A stretch of 64,000 nt of DNA from IMG/VR virus record IMGVR_UViG_3300007775_000001, positions 50,951-114,950 of that record; one strand, 5' to 3'. The notes under the pieces were generated by a model. That model searched no databases, was not told the origin of the DNA, and saw only the letters and a list, made by a program, of their open reading frames with translations. Positions 36,601 to 44,954 of the stretch are shown here, piece after piece. The stretch is from a virus. The position numbers were made by a program, and so were the translations under genes. Position 1 is the first letter of the stretch, and the number at the start of each line of letters is the position of its first letter.

Positions 36601-37089
36601 GGAGGAGTCCTGTTCGATTTTGGTCATCTGACCGGGAACCTTGCTGCCGACAGATATTCCGAGCTTGCCAATCAGCATGCGGAGCCGCAACAGGCTGCAA
36701 TTCTGAAGTCTCAGAAAGCTGAGTACGATCAGGCTCTCGTGGAGTATGTCACTACTGGTCGTACGAGAGAACAGGATGTTTCTCCACAACAGGGTGCAGA
36801 TGTTCAGAAGTCAGATGAGCAACATGGTGCTCAAACGGCCGATGTGTCAAAGCCGGTCTTCATGGGCGATTTTCGGACTCAGTTCGAGAGCAAACAGGCT
36901 CGTGTTGGTAGTGAGGTCGTGAAGGCTCAGTCTGAGACCGACCAAGCTGTGATCGAGATGTTTGGTAAGAACCTGGGTGATGCTCCAACCGATATGACCA
37001 TGGCTGGGAAGACCCCGGTTGTTCTCGATCTGGCTTCGGGAGCGGCAATCGACATGCAGAGCGGCGAGCAGATTCAACCTGCTGAGTAA
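33604..37089 (+). CDS. modular head-associated polyprotein (5 GxGSRGG repeats, DUF6496-like and SH3-like domains)
   Basis: ATG 33604 with GGGAGAG RBS; internal repeats; many xxK[AS] sites; directly upstream of portal. Confidence 0.8.
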   Translation: MAHDDLLAKAGIRVGNPAERRLINDEPSHRFVVKGFKNRGSVSRAGSQSSPRENLLRSLGIPDEGALEKATLYGNDGDLEYVPDTYTGQDVYHQDPYNEVQVTRQEVLDTHGEHFHSDIDPDVERILSEVTEAGTHFDYTRQFGRSMGAFDGDDDGDDNTEGKEEEEKSKLKAKDVKKARRSGPGSRGGRVIGHTRSGKPIYDNSAKNHSGFTKEDHADARDLHTSIHEKMLERVMHGGEFPSDSAILSTKAKDYHARLAKSESDDEEESDEEPDDDEDDQEKSLSGILDDLIKGEGEGSRGGKVIGHTSSGKPIYIHEPNLGTSSAGGIHGKNYKGWNWKDHEEAYAAHSAAANSLVQKHGGYPKGDDAKTYVQHAHNKDAHYFWAKKTGHPELNKSLGKSSAGEGSKGGQVIGHTRSGKPIYAHDSAIYAHGTGAFSGYSKGDHFDAYTRHSNDLKYKRGRSGKKNFLSAMKLHSQAYYAAKSERDPDLPDFLKSKSGEGSRGGKVIGHTRSGKPVYEGKAASKYSDFSRQDHKDAAAQHMRHWHDDDSESADGSDQISVDHDRLSLTPEQLKNRDAKRRGVLGKKSVSVLDDLVKAVTGEGSRGGVVVGHTSSGKPIYQGETHSTRIHTTTGEETSHVNSYIQHAGDEKPYGGENYHVFYQRKGAQTQGDNETDADRDYVGYVIRHKDEGIWSGHPEITSMSAYKQAKNFKTRGEAEHHILSTYKRYQEASKPKDQKAASVQEANDLYKALMDISLNKATDAQEDKVHQVMREFKEGTLRSGSKTGPKVKNRKQAIAIAMNQSGQSNKSDDEASDLLKSRIFPIGTVHTFSDGKQYKKVANNEWHPVKGEGPRRYDYAAAVDHNSKIEVGQHVRVNWTAGSFGHYTGKGTVTKVNAKSVAVALDEPVADQSGLGGSGYPAGRRIVVPRADMFSGANSKWAWHNGVFPVHGEGKKSSIDELLDLVKAGSSKEVAPTSTPTRRTVPSARNSFIKAAGPGGVLFDFGHLTGNLAADRYSELANQHAEPQQAAILKSQKAEYDQALVEYVTTGRTREQDVSPQQGADVQKSDEQHGAQTADVSKPVFMGDFRTQFESKQARVGSEVVKAQSETDQAVIEMFGKNLGDAPTDMTMAGKTPVVLDLASGAAIDMQSGEQIQPAE

Positions 37090-37091
37090 CC

Positions 37092-38849
37092 ATGGGAATC
37101 ATTCAGAAAGCTGGTCGATATATCCTGGGCGAAATCGCTGGGATGAGACCCGATATGGTCAAGGCGGGTCTCATGTCTCCGGATTCGTCTGCCTACGATC
37201 CAAAGACATCCCTTGTCGATCCTCTCTCGTTTCAATCGCTCAGTGCATTTGGGTATCGAGAGAAGTTCAGTCTTCTGGATTACTCCCGGTTGCGGGCGAT
37301 CAGCTTGAATGATTCGGTGGTTGCTGCTGTGATTCAAACCCGGTTGAATCAGGTGGCTGGGTTTGCCACGTTGCAGGCCGACAAGCATACGGGTGGTTTC
37401 ACGATCCGTATGCGAGACAGGGACAAGAAGCCAAACTCTGCTGCTCAAAAGCGTATTAAGGAATTCCAGGAGTTCATGATCAACTGTGGTGTGCCTGAGC
37501 AGTTCGAAGACACACCGGAGCGTAAGCGTCGTGACAATTTCGACACCTTCTTGCGCAAGTTGACACGGGATTCTTTGACGTATGATCAAGCCAACTTTGA
37601 GATAACGCCAAGAAGGAATGGGATGCCGTACGAGTTCGGTGCGGTAGATGCCTCTACTATTCGGCTCATCCCGGACAAGAAGGAATTGATCGATCAGTTC
37701 AACAACGAGCGTGCAGCACAGTATGCTCTTCAGACGATGAAGGATACGATCAAGGTTGCTGAGAATTCTGGCAAGGTCTTCAAGCCCCGTCATCCGAAGT
37801 ATGTCCAGGTGATCAATGGGATCATCAAGCACGACTACGATGAATGGGAGATGGCGTTTGGTGTACGCAACCCCCGGACAGATGTAATGTCGTATGGGTA
37901 TGGATTCAGTGAGATCGAAATGCTGGTGACGATCATCACTGCACACATGAATGCGGAGACCTACAACCGGAAGTTCTTCACACAGGGGACAAACGCCAAG
38001 GGAATTCTCCACTTCGAGGGTCAGGTTCCGCGTGATCAACTTCAGGAGTTCCGGCACCAATTCCACATGCAGGCGGCTGGAATCGCCAACTCCTTTAAGA
38101 CCCCGATCATTGCGACGGCAAAGGAAACTAAGCTTCAGTGGATGGACTTCCAGAAGTCAAACCGCGAGATGGAATTTGGGCGGTGGTTGGAATACTGCAT
38201 CAAGGTTGTCTGCTCTGTTTACCAGATCGATCCGATTGAAATCGGATTCGACATCTCTCGAATGGGTTCGGGTGCATCACAGGGCGGTGGGTATGGGATG
38301 GGTGCCAGTGCTGGTGACCCGACTTCCAAAATTTCGAGTTCTCAGGACAAGGGACTCAAACCATTGCTGCGCTTCCTCCAATCGCTGATCAATGACTACA
38401 TCGTTTACCGATTGGATGCGGACTTCGAGTTCGAATTTGTTGGTCTCAACGCGGACTCTGATAGCGAAGCTCTGGACAAGATTGGCAAAGAGGTCAAGAC
38501 ATTCAAAACGATCAACGAGGTCAGGGCGGAGCAGGATAGACCTGCTTTGCCTCCTCTTGATCAGATTGAGTCTCCTGGTGATCTGCTTCTCGATAGCACT
38601 CTTCTTACTATTTGGGGACAAGAGAGACAGGCAAAACAACAGCAAGACATGATGGCTCAGCAAGGGCAGGACGGTGGTGATGGGAATCCCGTTGGCGAAG
38701 ATGAGCAGCCTGATTACCAGAACATGAGTGATGAAGACCTTCAGCAACAGTACAAGAAGTTGCAGGAAGGCGGCGGTGGTGGTGGAAGCCTTTCCCAAGG
38801 TGGCGTCAACAAATCGATGCCCCGGTTGACTCGCACACTGAGACTGTGA
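37092..38849 (+). CDS. portal protein
   Basis: Herelleviridae-type: II.TR.NQV..F, DSLTYDQ.NFE, VDASTIR, RNPRTD...YGYGFSE.E, YN.KFF.QG, DP.EIGF, S.DKGLKPLL.F, TINEVR. Confidence 0.92.
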   Translation: MGIIQKAGRYILGEIAGMRPDMVKAGLMSPDSSAYDPKTSLVDPLSFQSLSAFGYREKFSLLDYSRLRAISLNDSVVAAVIQTRLNQVAGFATLQADKHTGGFTIRMRDRDKKPNSAAQKRIKEFQEFMINCGVPEQFEDTPERKRRDNFDTFLRKLTRDSLTYDQANFEITPRRNGMPYEFGAVDASTIRLIPDKKELIDQFNNERAAQYALQTMKDTIKVAENSGKVFKPRHPKYVQVINGIIKHDYDEWEMAFGVRNPRTDVMSYGYGFSEIEMLVTIITAHMNAETYNRKFFTQGTNAKGILHFEGQVPRDQLQEFRHQFHMQAAGIANSFKTPIIATAKETKLQWMDFQKSNREMEFGRWLEYCIKVVCSVYQIDPIEIGFDISRMGSGASQGGGYGMGASAGDPTSKISSSQDKGLKPLLRFLQSLINDYIVYRLDADFEFEFVGLNADSDSEALDKIGKEVKTFKTINEVRAEQDRPALPPLDQIESPGDLLLDSTLLTIWGQERQAKQQQDMMAQQGQDGGDGNPVGEDEQPDYQNMSDEDLQQQYKKLQEGGGGGGSLSQGGVNKSMPRLTRTLRL

Positions 38850-39415
38850 TGAAGAAAATCATTCGCGATGCATTCTCGTATGTTGAGTACAAGGGGAAGA
38901 CTGCGCCGCAAGAGCGATGCAGTACTTGCTTCTATGGGACGTTTCCAGGAAGTAAGTGCTCGTTGTACGAGGCTATCAATGGGTTGATGCCCGAAGCATG
39001 GAATCTCGAAGATACCGTGAATCCAAACGGAGCATGCAACGCTTTTACTGACAAGGAAGTGACAAAGGCAGTGATTAGACGTGATCCGATTTTTGTGCTG
39101 AAGGCTGGTGGCGAGGGTTCTCGTGGTGGCAAGGTGATTGGTCACACATCGAGTGGAAAGCCGATTTATGGAGATAGTCATTTGAGAGGTACGCGGGAAT
39201 GGTCTGAGCGTGACCATTTTGAAGCGTATCACGTTCATGGTAAGGCGGATAGACCGGGTTCTTCGCTTGAAGACGCTAGACTCCATTCTGCCGCAAGGTC
39301 TTATCATCTTAGTGAGGGTAGTAAGGTTGGTGGAATCAAGAATGATGGGCCACATAAAAGACATCCTTGGTTCACATCAAGCGGTCAACGGAAACGGTTT
39401 ATGAGCAGATCATGA
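38849..39415 (+). CDS. HiPIP-like Cys4 domain fused to GEGSRGG repeat
   Basis: Y........CSTC.......CSL...VNPNGACNAF then LKAGGEGSRGGKVIGHTSSGKPIY. Confidence 0.6.
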   Translation: MKKIIRDAFSYVEYKGKTAPQERCSTCFYGTFPGSKCSLYEAINGLMPEAWNLEDTVNPNGACNAFTDKEVTKAVIRRDPIFVLKAGGEGSRGGKVIGHTSSGKPIYGDSHLRGTREWSERDHFEAYHVHGKADRPGSSLEDARLHSAARSYHLSEGSKVGGIKNDGPHKRHPWFTSSGQRKRFMSRS

Positions 39416-39639
39416 TCGAAGTCAAGATCAGTGCGGATACTCAAGAGGAGTTCGATGCCAAACGTGCCGATCTTGCCAAGGCTGTTATCGGCCCGAAGGC
39501 TATCACCCCTCGAAAGGCTTATCATCGGTATCAGAACGACTTGCTGGACTATGTGAACGCACTATACCTCAAGCGTATAGCGCAAATGAAGCGAGAGATC
39601 GATGTTGTGATCCGGCGCGCCCAGGCGCGAATCCAATGA
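39412..39639 (+). CDS. hypothetical protein
   Basis: ATGA coupling; contains DLAKA. Confidence 0.6.
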   Translation: MIEVKISADTQEEFDAKRADLAKAVIGPKAITPRKAYHRYQNDLLDYVNALYLKRIAQMKREIDVVIRRAQARIQ

Positions 39640-39869
39640 AGATTCTGCTGATGATCACTGTGGTGGCGATGTCGGGTGTCAAAGCTCCTGCAATCAGCTT
39701 CAAGAGCATGTGTGATGCGATTGATCCTGAAGCTATCACGCTCATCACAATTCGGCCTTTCAGGGACGCACAGAATGGGACTGTTATTCCAGGCGTTGTC
39801 TACCAGTGTGTGCGGATCACGGAAGGTGAAGAGAAGGGCACCAAACCTCAAAGGAAGCAGAAGGCATGA
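39636..39869 (+). CDS. hypothetical protein with signal-peptide-like N-terminus
   Basis: ATGA coupling at both ends. Confidence 0.5.
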   Translation: MKILLMITVVAMSGVKAPAISFKSMCDAIDPEAITLITIRPFRDAQNGTVIPGVVYQCVRITEGEEKGTKPQRKQKA

Positions 39870-42800
39870 GCAGTTTCTACGTAGAAACTGAATCTGTTTC
39901 CAAGGGTGGTCGAGAGGTTGCTTCCGTTGCGGTGATGAGCGGGTCGAATCTCTTGATGGGCCGCCGCAAGGATTCTGGCGAGTGGACTTTGCCGGGCGGT
40001 GGATTGGAACCGGGCGAGAAGCCCGAAGAAGGGGCCAAGAGGGAGCTTTTTGAGGAGGCAGGGGTCAGGGTAGGGCAGCTCCGATATCTGGGCTCCAGGC
40101 GCGTTAAGGGCGTTCCTGATAACGATCTGATCACGGTGCATGCCTTCCTGGTGCATCAACATGGGAAGGCAACTGTCCGAAACGATCCTGACAAGGAAGT
40201 GAGCCGGTGGTCATGGATCGATGTGAGCAACGGTCTTCCGAAAGCGATTGAAGATGAACTTCACTCCCCACGGAACGTGGTTCTCATGATGATGGGTATT
40301 CAGAAAGAGCCAAAACCGTCCCTGGTGATTCGATCTGACCTGGGGCCTATCGACCTATCCAAGATGTATGGAGGAGGGGTTGGAGAGGCTTCTGACAGCG
40401 AATTTGGTACCTATTCTGGCGGTGGTGGGAAAAAGCCGGGTGGCCCTGGTTCTCGCGGTGGAAAGGTGATCGGACGTACACGGTCTGGGAAACCGATCTA
40501 CGAGAGCGCATCCCATTATGGTCACAACAGCTTCTTTGCGGAAGAGCATCTTCAGGCTGCTGAAGCGCACAAGCATCATGCAGGGAGTTTGCTTGAACAC
40601 ATGAAGGGCAACCTTCATGGGAATACTTCGAATTTCAAGACGCTGATGGGCAAGATTGAAGCCCACATGACTGAGGCCGATGAGCATCGGAAGAAAGCTG
40701 GAACCGCTCCAAAAGCTCCCCGCAAGAAGGCCGAGCCGGCCAAGAAGGAGTATCGCTATGCAGCTTCCGTATTCGATGATTCGGATATCATCAAGAGTCT
40801 GGAGGCCATAGTTAAGCATGTCGAAAAGCCCGGTTCTCGTGGTGGTCATATCATCGCCTGGAGAGATGGCGAACCGATTTATGGAAAGGAGCAGCCAAAA
40901 GTTAAACGTAAGGTGGCTAGTGCTACAGTCAAATACACAACAGCATTGAGTCCTAGTGGGAAGAAAGAAAACGTGGCTGTTCATTTGAATCCATCCGCTG
41001 ATGATTTGGCTGAACATATTCCAGCCGGTGCAAGAGCGTGGCTTCTGCCGGGTGGAAATTTGTATGTCATGGACAACAAGAATATTTTGCATCTTTCTGC
41101 TATCGAGTCTGTGATGAATTCTGGATTCATCACCAAGCAGCAATTCAGAGATATCATCCCGCCAAAGAGTTTCTTGAGTGATACCGATCCTTCTGAGGGT
41201 ATCATGTTGGAGAGAGTTGGTAATTCCAATATGTTTGTGTTGGGTGAATCTTATGAAGGCGGTGTTCCGGAGGGTGATGAGCTATCTGACATCAAGGATT
41301 CGATCAGAGCTTTCAAGAAAAATTCAAAAGGCGTGATCATCCGGCCAAGTAGTATTAGAGATTTCAATGTCGAAGACTACTTGCATATGAGCTTCGATCA
41401 AGAAGAATTTGATCTGTGGAAGGCGGATGATAAGATGATTTCCACTCCCCAGAAGGGGATGGTTAAAAAGCATGAACATCTTGTCCGCGTCCCGAAGACA
41501 CCAAGCCATATGAGCTTTTTTGTGAAGGCTGCTCCAGGAGAAGTCCGCCCTGGTCACAAGTATTTGCGACGGTACAGACGGAATGATCAGTGGGTATACG
41601 TCTATCGCGAGCCAGAAGGTGATACCCGTGAATTGAACGAGGAGGCTATGTCGCTTCTTCACCATCTTGCGGCGCGTGGTGACGAAGATGCCACGTATCT
41701 TCTGAACAACCTGAAAGAGAAAGCGGCTGACGAGGTTCTTGATCGTGAGTTGAATGGCACGGAACGTCATGATGTTGTGCAGATGATTCGGAACAGTCTC
41801 GATCAGAATGTGTTCCGATATTTGAATCAGTATACTACGAGCCCGTTCCATCAAACGCTCACACGGAATCGTGTGACGTTGGATTCCGTGATGTCTCAGG
41901 TTCAGGGACAGACATTGCGCGGTCTGCTGACAAGTTATCACAACGCCCTGCGAGATGTGGATCGGGCTCATTCGACATTGCAGATCACGAGTTCTCAGAA
42001 CACTGATGCTCGCGGTGCGGGTGGTTATGCAAATCTTGCGTACAACAGAGCCTTGCAGGCGTTGGAGACTCGTACTGCGTTCTTGCCAGCGCGCTATTCC
42101 GAAGTCCATCGGAGAGGTACACGGAGCGGTTCGAATGATCTTGAACCGTTTGTGAACACTCAAGAGATACGAGAAGCCGCTGAGCGCCAAGAGCGAGAGC
42201 GTCAAGCTGCCGAAGCTGAACGCGAACGACAAGCCGCTGAAGAACGCGAGCAGATCATGGGTGAGTATCGCACCAAGATGACCGGTGCGATCATCGATCA
42301 TCTTGATCCTAGCGTTCATGTTTCTCCTGACAAGATTGCGACCATCCATCGTGCTCTGAAGAACATGTTCGGTGGCAATGTTCCTACACGGGAACAGTGG
42401 CCTTACGACTTTTCACAGTATGGGTACAGGGTCAAGATTTCTGATGTGGCCGCTGACAACAATACCATCTCGTTCGCACTGAGCGCGACCAACGCTTCTG
42501 GAGAGCAAGTCACTCGTTCATGGCGTCGGAATTGGCGGAACAACGGTGGTCATCCAGCGATCTACAACGCGCTCCTGGAGACCTATCCATCCGCTCGTGG
42601 GACTGGCCCTGAGATTGGCGAGTTGATCAACAAGGCTCAGAACAAGTTGATGCATGAGACCGATCCTGACCATGGTGTGATTGGAGTCTTCGCTGCAATG
42701 ACAGTGGGTGGCTACAATTGGGCCAATCAGGGCTTCAGATTTGATCGGGCAAGTGGTGATCGTGGTGTGGTTTTGATGCAGTTTAGGAACTTCCTGGCTG

Positions 42801-43735
42801 AGCATGGGATCAGATTGACAGACGAGGAACTGAGTCACTTCAAGGAGCCATGCCATTTTGCCGCTTTCCATGATGGCAAGTTCTACGAGGTGCATACTTC
42901 GGACGATCTCGCACTGAAGCCCGATCAGGTTGCTCATGGAACATTGGACGGGAAACCTGGAGGTAGACCGCTTACTCCTTCTGAGATTAGCGCAGGTCGC
43001 ACCAATCGAATGCTTGTTCACCTTGGCAAGATGTTTCTCTTGGGCAAGTCATGGCACGGTATCTCTAGGGCTTCGGAGCAGAATGACCGCAACGAGGCGT
43101 GGCGGTTCTTCCAGATTTATCGTCGCATGAAGGTGGATTCCTGGAAGGTACTCAATGACCGATACAAGGCTGCTGTTGAAGCTGTACAGCAGGGCCAGCG
43201 CACTATGACTTCAGAGCAGCGAGCGGCTGCGATTTCAAGCTACAACCCGTACGTGCGGAGAGGAAGTAGGCGTCGAAGATCGTCAACTATTCGAAGACCG
43301 AATCGATTCAGGGATTGGACTCCAACCCAACAGAGAACTTGGATTGATCGGAATCGCGGTCAGTTGTCGGATGCTCAATACAATTCGGCATGGGAAGTGA
43401 TGAGAAGTGCGAGACATCGTGTTGACATGGCGAGTCGTGCTCTTCAGACGTTTGTGAATGATGGTATTGTGACCGCGCCTTCGGCACCTCTCAATGAGAT
43501 GAACGAGACAGACCTTCGACACTTTTTCCATGGTGAGTATAATTACTCAACGCGGACACAGGTTTCGCAAGGTGTCATGAATGAGCTTCGAGCGCATTAT
43601 GGTGAAGGCGATACAGCAATCTACAATCGCCATTTCCGGGAACTCAGGTTCTATCAGGACGATTTGATCAATGCTCGTCGTGCTCGTATTGCCGCTGAAG
43701 CGCGGCCAGCCGGACAACAAAGAGCAACAGGATAA
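39866..43735 (+). CDS. modular head-associated polyprotein: Nudix hydrolase, GxGSRGG repeats, GNAT-like domain
   Basis: Nudix box GGGLEPGEKPEEGAKRELFEEAG; PSARGTG..IG...VGGYNWANQGF. Confidence 0.8.
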   Translation: MSSFYVETESVSKGGREVASVAVMSGSNLLMGRRKDSGEWTLPGGGLEPGEKPEEGAKRELFEEAGVRVGQLRYLGSRRVKGVPDNDLITVHAFLVHQHGKATVRNDPDKEVSRWSWIDVSNGLPKAIEDELHSPRNVVLMMMGIQKEPKPSLVIRSDLGPIDLSKMYGGGVGEASDSEFGTYSGGGGKKPGGPGSRGGKVIGRTRSGKPIYESASHYGHNSFFAEEHLQAAEAHKHHAGSLLEHMKGNLHGNTSNFKTLMGKIEAHMTEADEHRKKAGTAPKAPRKKAEPAKKEYRYAASVFDDSDIIKSLEAIVKHVEKPGSRGGHIIAWRDGEPIYGKEQPKVKRKVASATVKYTTALSPSGKKENVAVHLNPSADDLAEHIPAGARAWLLPGGNLYVMDNKNILHLSAIESVMNSGFITKQQFRDIIPPKSFLSDTDPSEGIMLERVGNSNMFVLGESYEGGVPEGDELSDIKDSIRAFKKNSKGVIIRPSSIRDFNVEDYLHMSFDQEEFDLWKADDKMISTPQKGMVKKHEHLVRVPKTPSHMSFFVKAAPGEVRPGHKYLRRYRRNDQWVYVYREPEGDTRELNEEAMSLLHHLAARGDEDATYLLNNLKEKAADEVLDRELNGTERHDVVQMIRNSLDQNVFRYLNQYTTSPFHQTLTRNRVTLDSVMSQVQGQTLRGLLTSYHNALRDVDRAHSTLQITSSQNTDARGAGGYANLAYNRALQALETRTAFLPARYSEVHRRGTRSGSNDLEPFVNTQEIREAAERQERERQAAEAERERQAAEEREQIMGEYRTKMTGAIIDHLDPSVHVSPDKIATIHRALKNMFGGNVPTREQWPYDFSQYGYRVKISDVAADNNTISFALSATNASGEQVTRSWRRNWRNNGGHPAIYNALLETYPSARGTGPEIGELINKAQNKLMHETDPDHGVIGVFAAMTVGGYNWANQGFRFDRASGDRGVVLMQFRNFLAEHGIRLTDEELSHFKEPCHFAAFHDGKFYEVHTSDDLALKPDQVAHGTLDGKPGGRPLTPSEISAGRTNRMLVHLGKMFLLGKSWHGISRASEQNDRNEAWRFFQIYRRMKVDSWKVLNDRYKAAVEAVQQGQRTMTSEQRAAAISSYNPYVRRGSRRRRSSTIRRPNRFRDWTPTQQRTWIDRNRGQLSDAQYNSAWEVMRSARHRVDMASRALQTFVNDGIVTAPSAPLNEMNETDLRHFFHGEYNYSTRTQVSQGVMNELRAHYGEGDTAIYNRHFRELRFYQDDLINARRARIAAEARPAGQQRATG
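39873..39888. repeat. dispersed 16-bp palindrome, copy 6 (20-bp perfect)
   Basis: CAGTTTCTACGTAGAAACTG just inside ORF start. Confidence 0.95.
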
Positions 43736-43737
43736 TC

Positions 43738-43941
43738 ATGCCAAAAGACATCAAGCCAATCGAGTCGGTCAAAGACCGACTCGTTGATGTGAATGACATT
43801 GACAGCGAGCTTGACATCGATCCGTATTTCGGTGAACAGGTCGCTGACGCGGCGCGGGAATCGTTCAAGGAGTCCAATCCTGGTCTGTATGCTGTACTGA
43901 CCAAATACCGGAATCATGGCACTGACAGCAAGGGAACTTGA
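43738..43941 (+). CDS. hypothetical protein
   Basis: Closely coupled ORF. Confidence 0.55.
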   Translation: MPKDIKPIESVKDRLVDVNDIDSELDIDPYFGEQVADAARESFKESNPGLYAVLTKYRNHGTDSKGT

Positions 43942-44953
43942 GGAGATTCGCGATATCGTCCGTAGGCATTATCTTGCTCTGACGCATGATGCCACGGGTA
44001 ACATTTCGCTGACTCCAGCGGAACTTGCTGAGCTTCGCCGTGCTGGTCTGATCACTGGTCGTGAACCGGTGGTTATGCAGAATGCGTACGAGTTCGGCAA
44101 GGTGGCCGTTGCTGTGGGGCCGATTGCGGCCAGAGCCATGACGGTTGAACAAGTGCGTCTGGCGATTTCGAAAATGAAGCCTCTGACTGAAGTCGAGAGG
44201 GCCTCATTGGATTTCGCTCGTGCAAGTGCTGGGCAGTACATCAAGGGCATTATGGACATGACCCTGAAGGATGCCACTACTTCTGCAATGCGTGCTTCTG
44301 GTGCGGCATTGAGGGCTGTTCAGGAGGGTGTTTCAGAGGCAGTGGCAGACCGCAAGACGATCAGCGAGCTTCGCACTGAATTGTTTAACACCATCGACAA
44401 CCGGTCTCGTGACTGGACACGTATCGCTCACACAGAACTGACCAACGCGATCCAGAACGGTATCTACAATGAGATCAGGGATACCTCTCCGGCGGGGGCC
44501 GATCAGGTGGTGTTCAAGAGTCCGAATCCAGATGCCTGCAAATACTGCAAGGCACTCTATCTAAAGCCTGATGGAATTACACCACGGGTATTCAAGCTGA
44601 GAGACCTGGAGCCGTCAAACTTCGGCAGACGAGCGCGTGATTGGAAGCCTGTTGTTGGTGCAACTCATCCATGGTGCAACTGCCAGATTCACATCGTTCC
44701 GGATGGGTACGACTTTGTCACGAGGCCAGTGGTTCAAGAACAGTTTGACGAGGGCGGGAAGACGTACAAGCAGGGTCAACGATTGAGCGAGACAGAGTAT
44801 CGTACACTTCGGTCTTCGCATGCCGACAAGATAGGGAAAGGAGCGATTCTTGAGTTCACTGGTACGACGGCTGCACCAGAGATCATGAGAAGCATGTTGG
44901 ACAGTATCCCTATCCATTCGGTTGACGAGGAAGAACCGATCTGCGAGTGCTGA
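43916..44953 (+). CDS. MuF-like (SPP1 gp7) head morphogenesis protein
   Basis: RIAHTELTNA...G...ACKYC...THPWCNC. Confidence 0.85.
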   Translation: MALTARELEEIRDIVRRHYLALTHDATGNISLTPAELAELRRAGLITGREPVVMQNAYEFGKVAVAVGPIAARAMTVEQVRLAISKMKPLTEVERASLDFARASAGQYIKGIMDMTLKDATTSAMRASGAALRAVQEGVSEAVADRKTISELRTELFNTIDNRSRDWTRIAHTELTNAIQNGIYNEIRDTSPAGADQVVFKSPNPDACKYCKALYLKPDGITPRVFKLRDLEPSNFGRRARDWKPVVGATHPWCNCQIHIVPDGYDFVTRPVVQEQFDEGGKTYKQGQRLSETEYRTLRSSHADKIGKGAILEFTGTTAAPEIMRSMLDSIPIHSVDEEEPICEC

Positions 44954-44954
44954 G

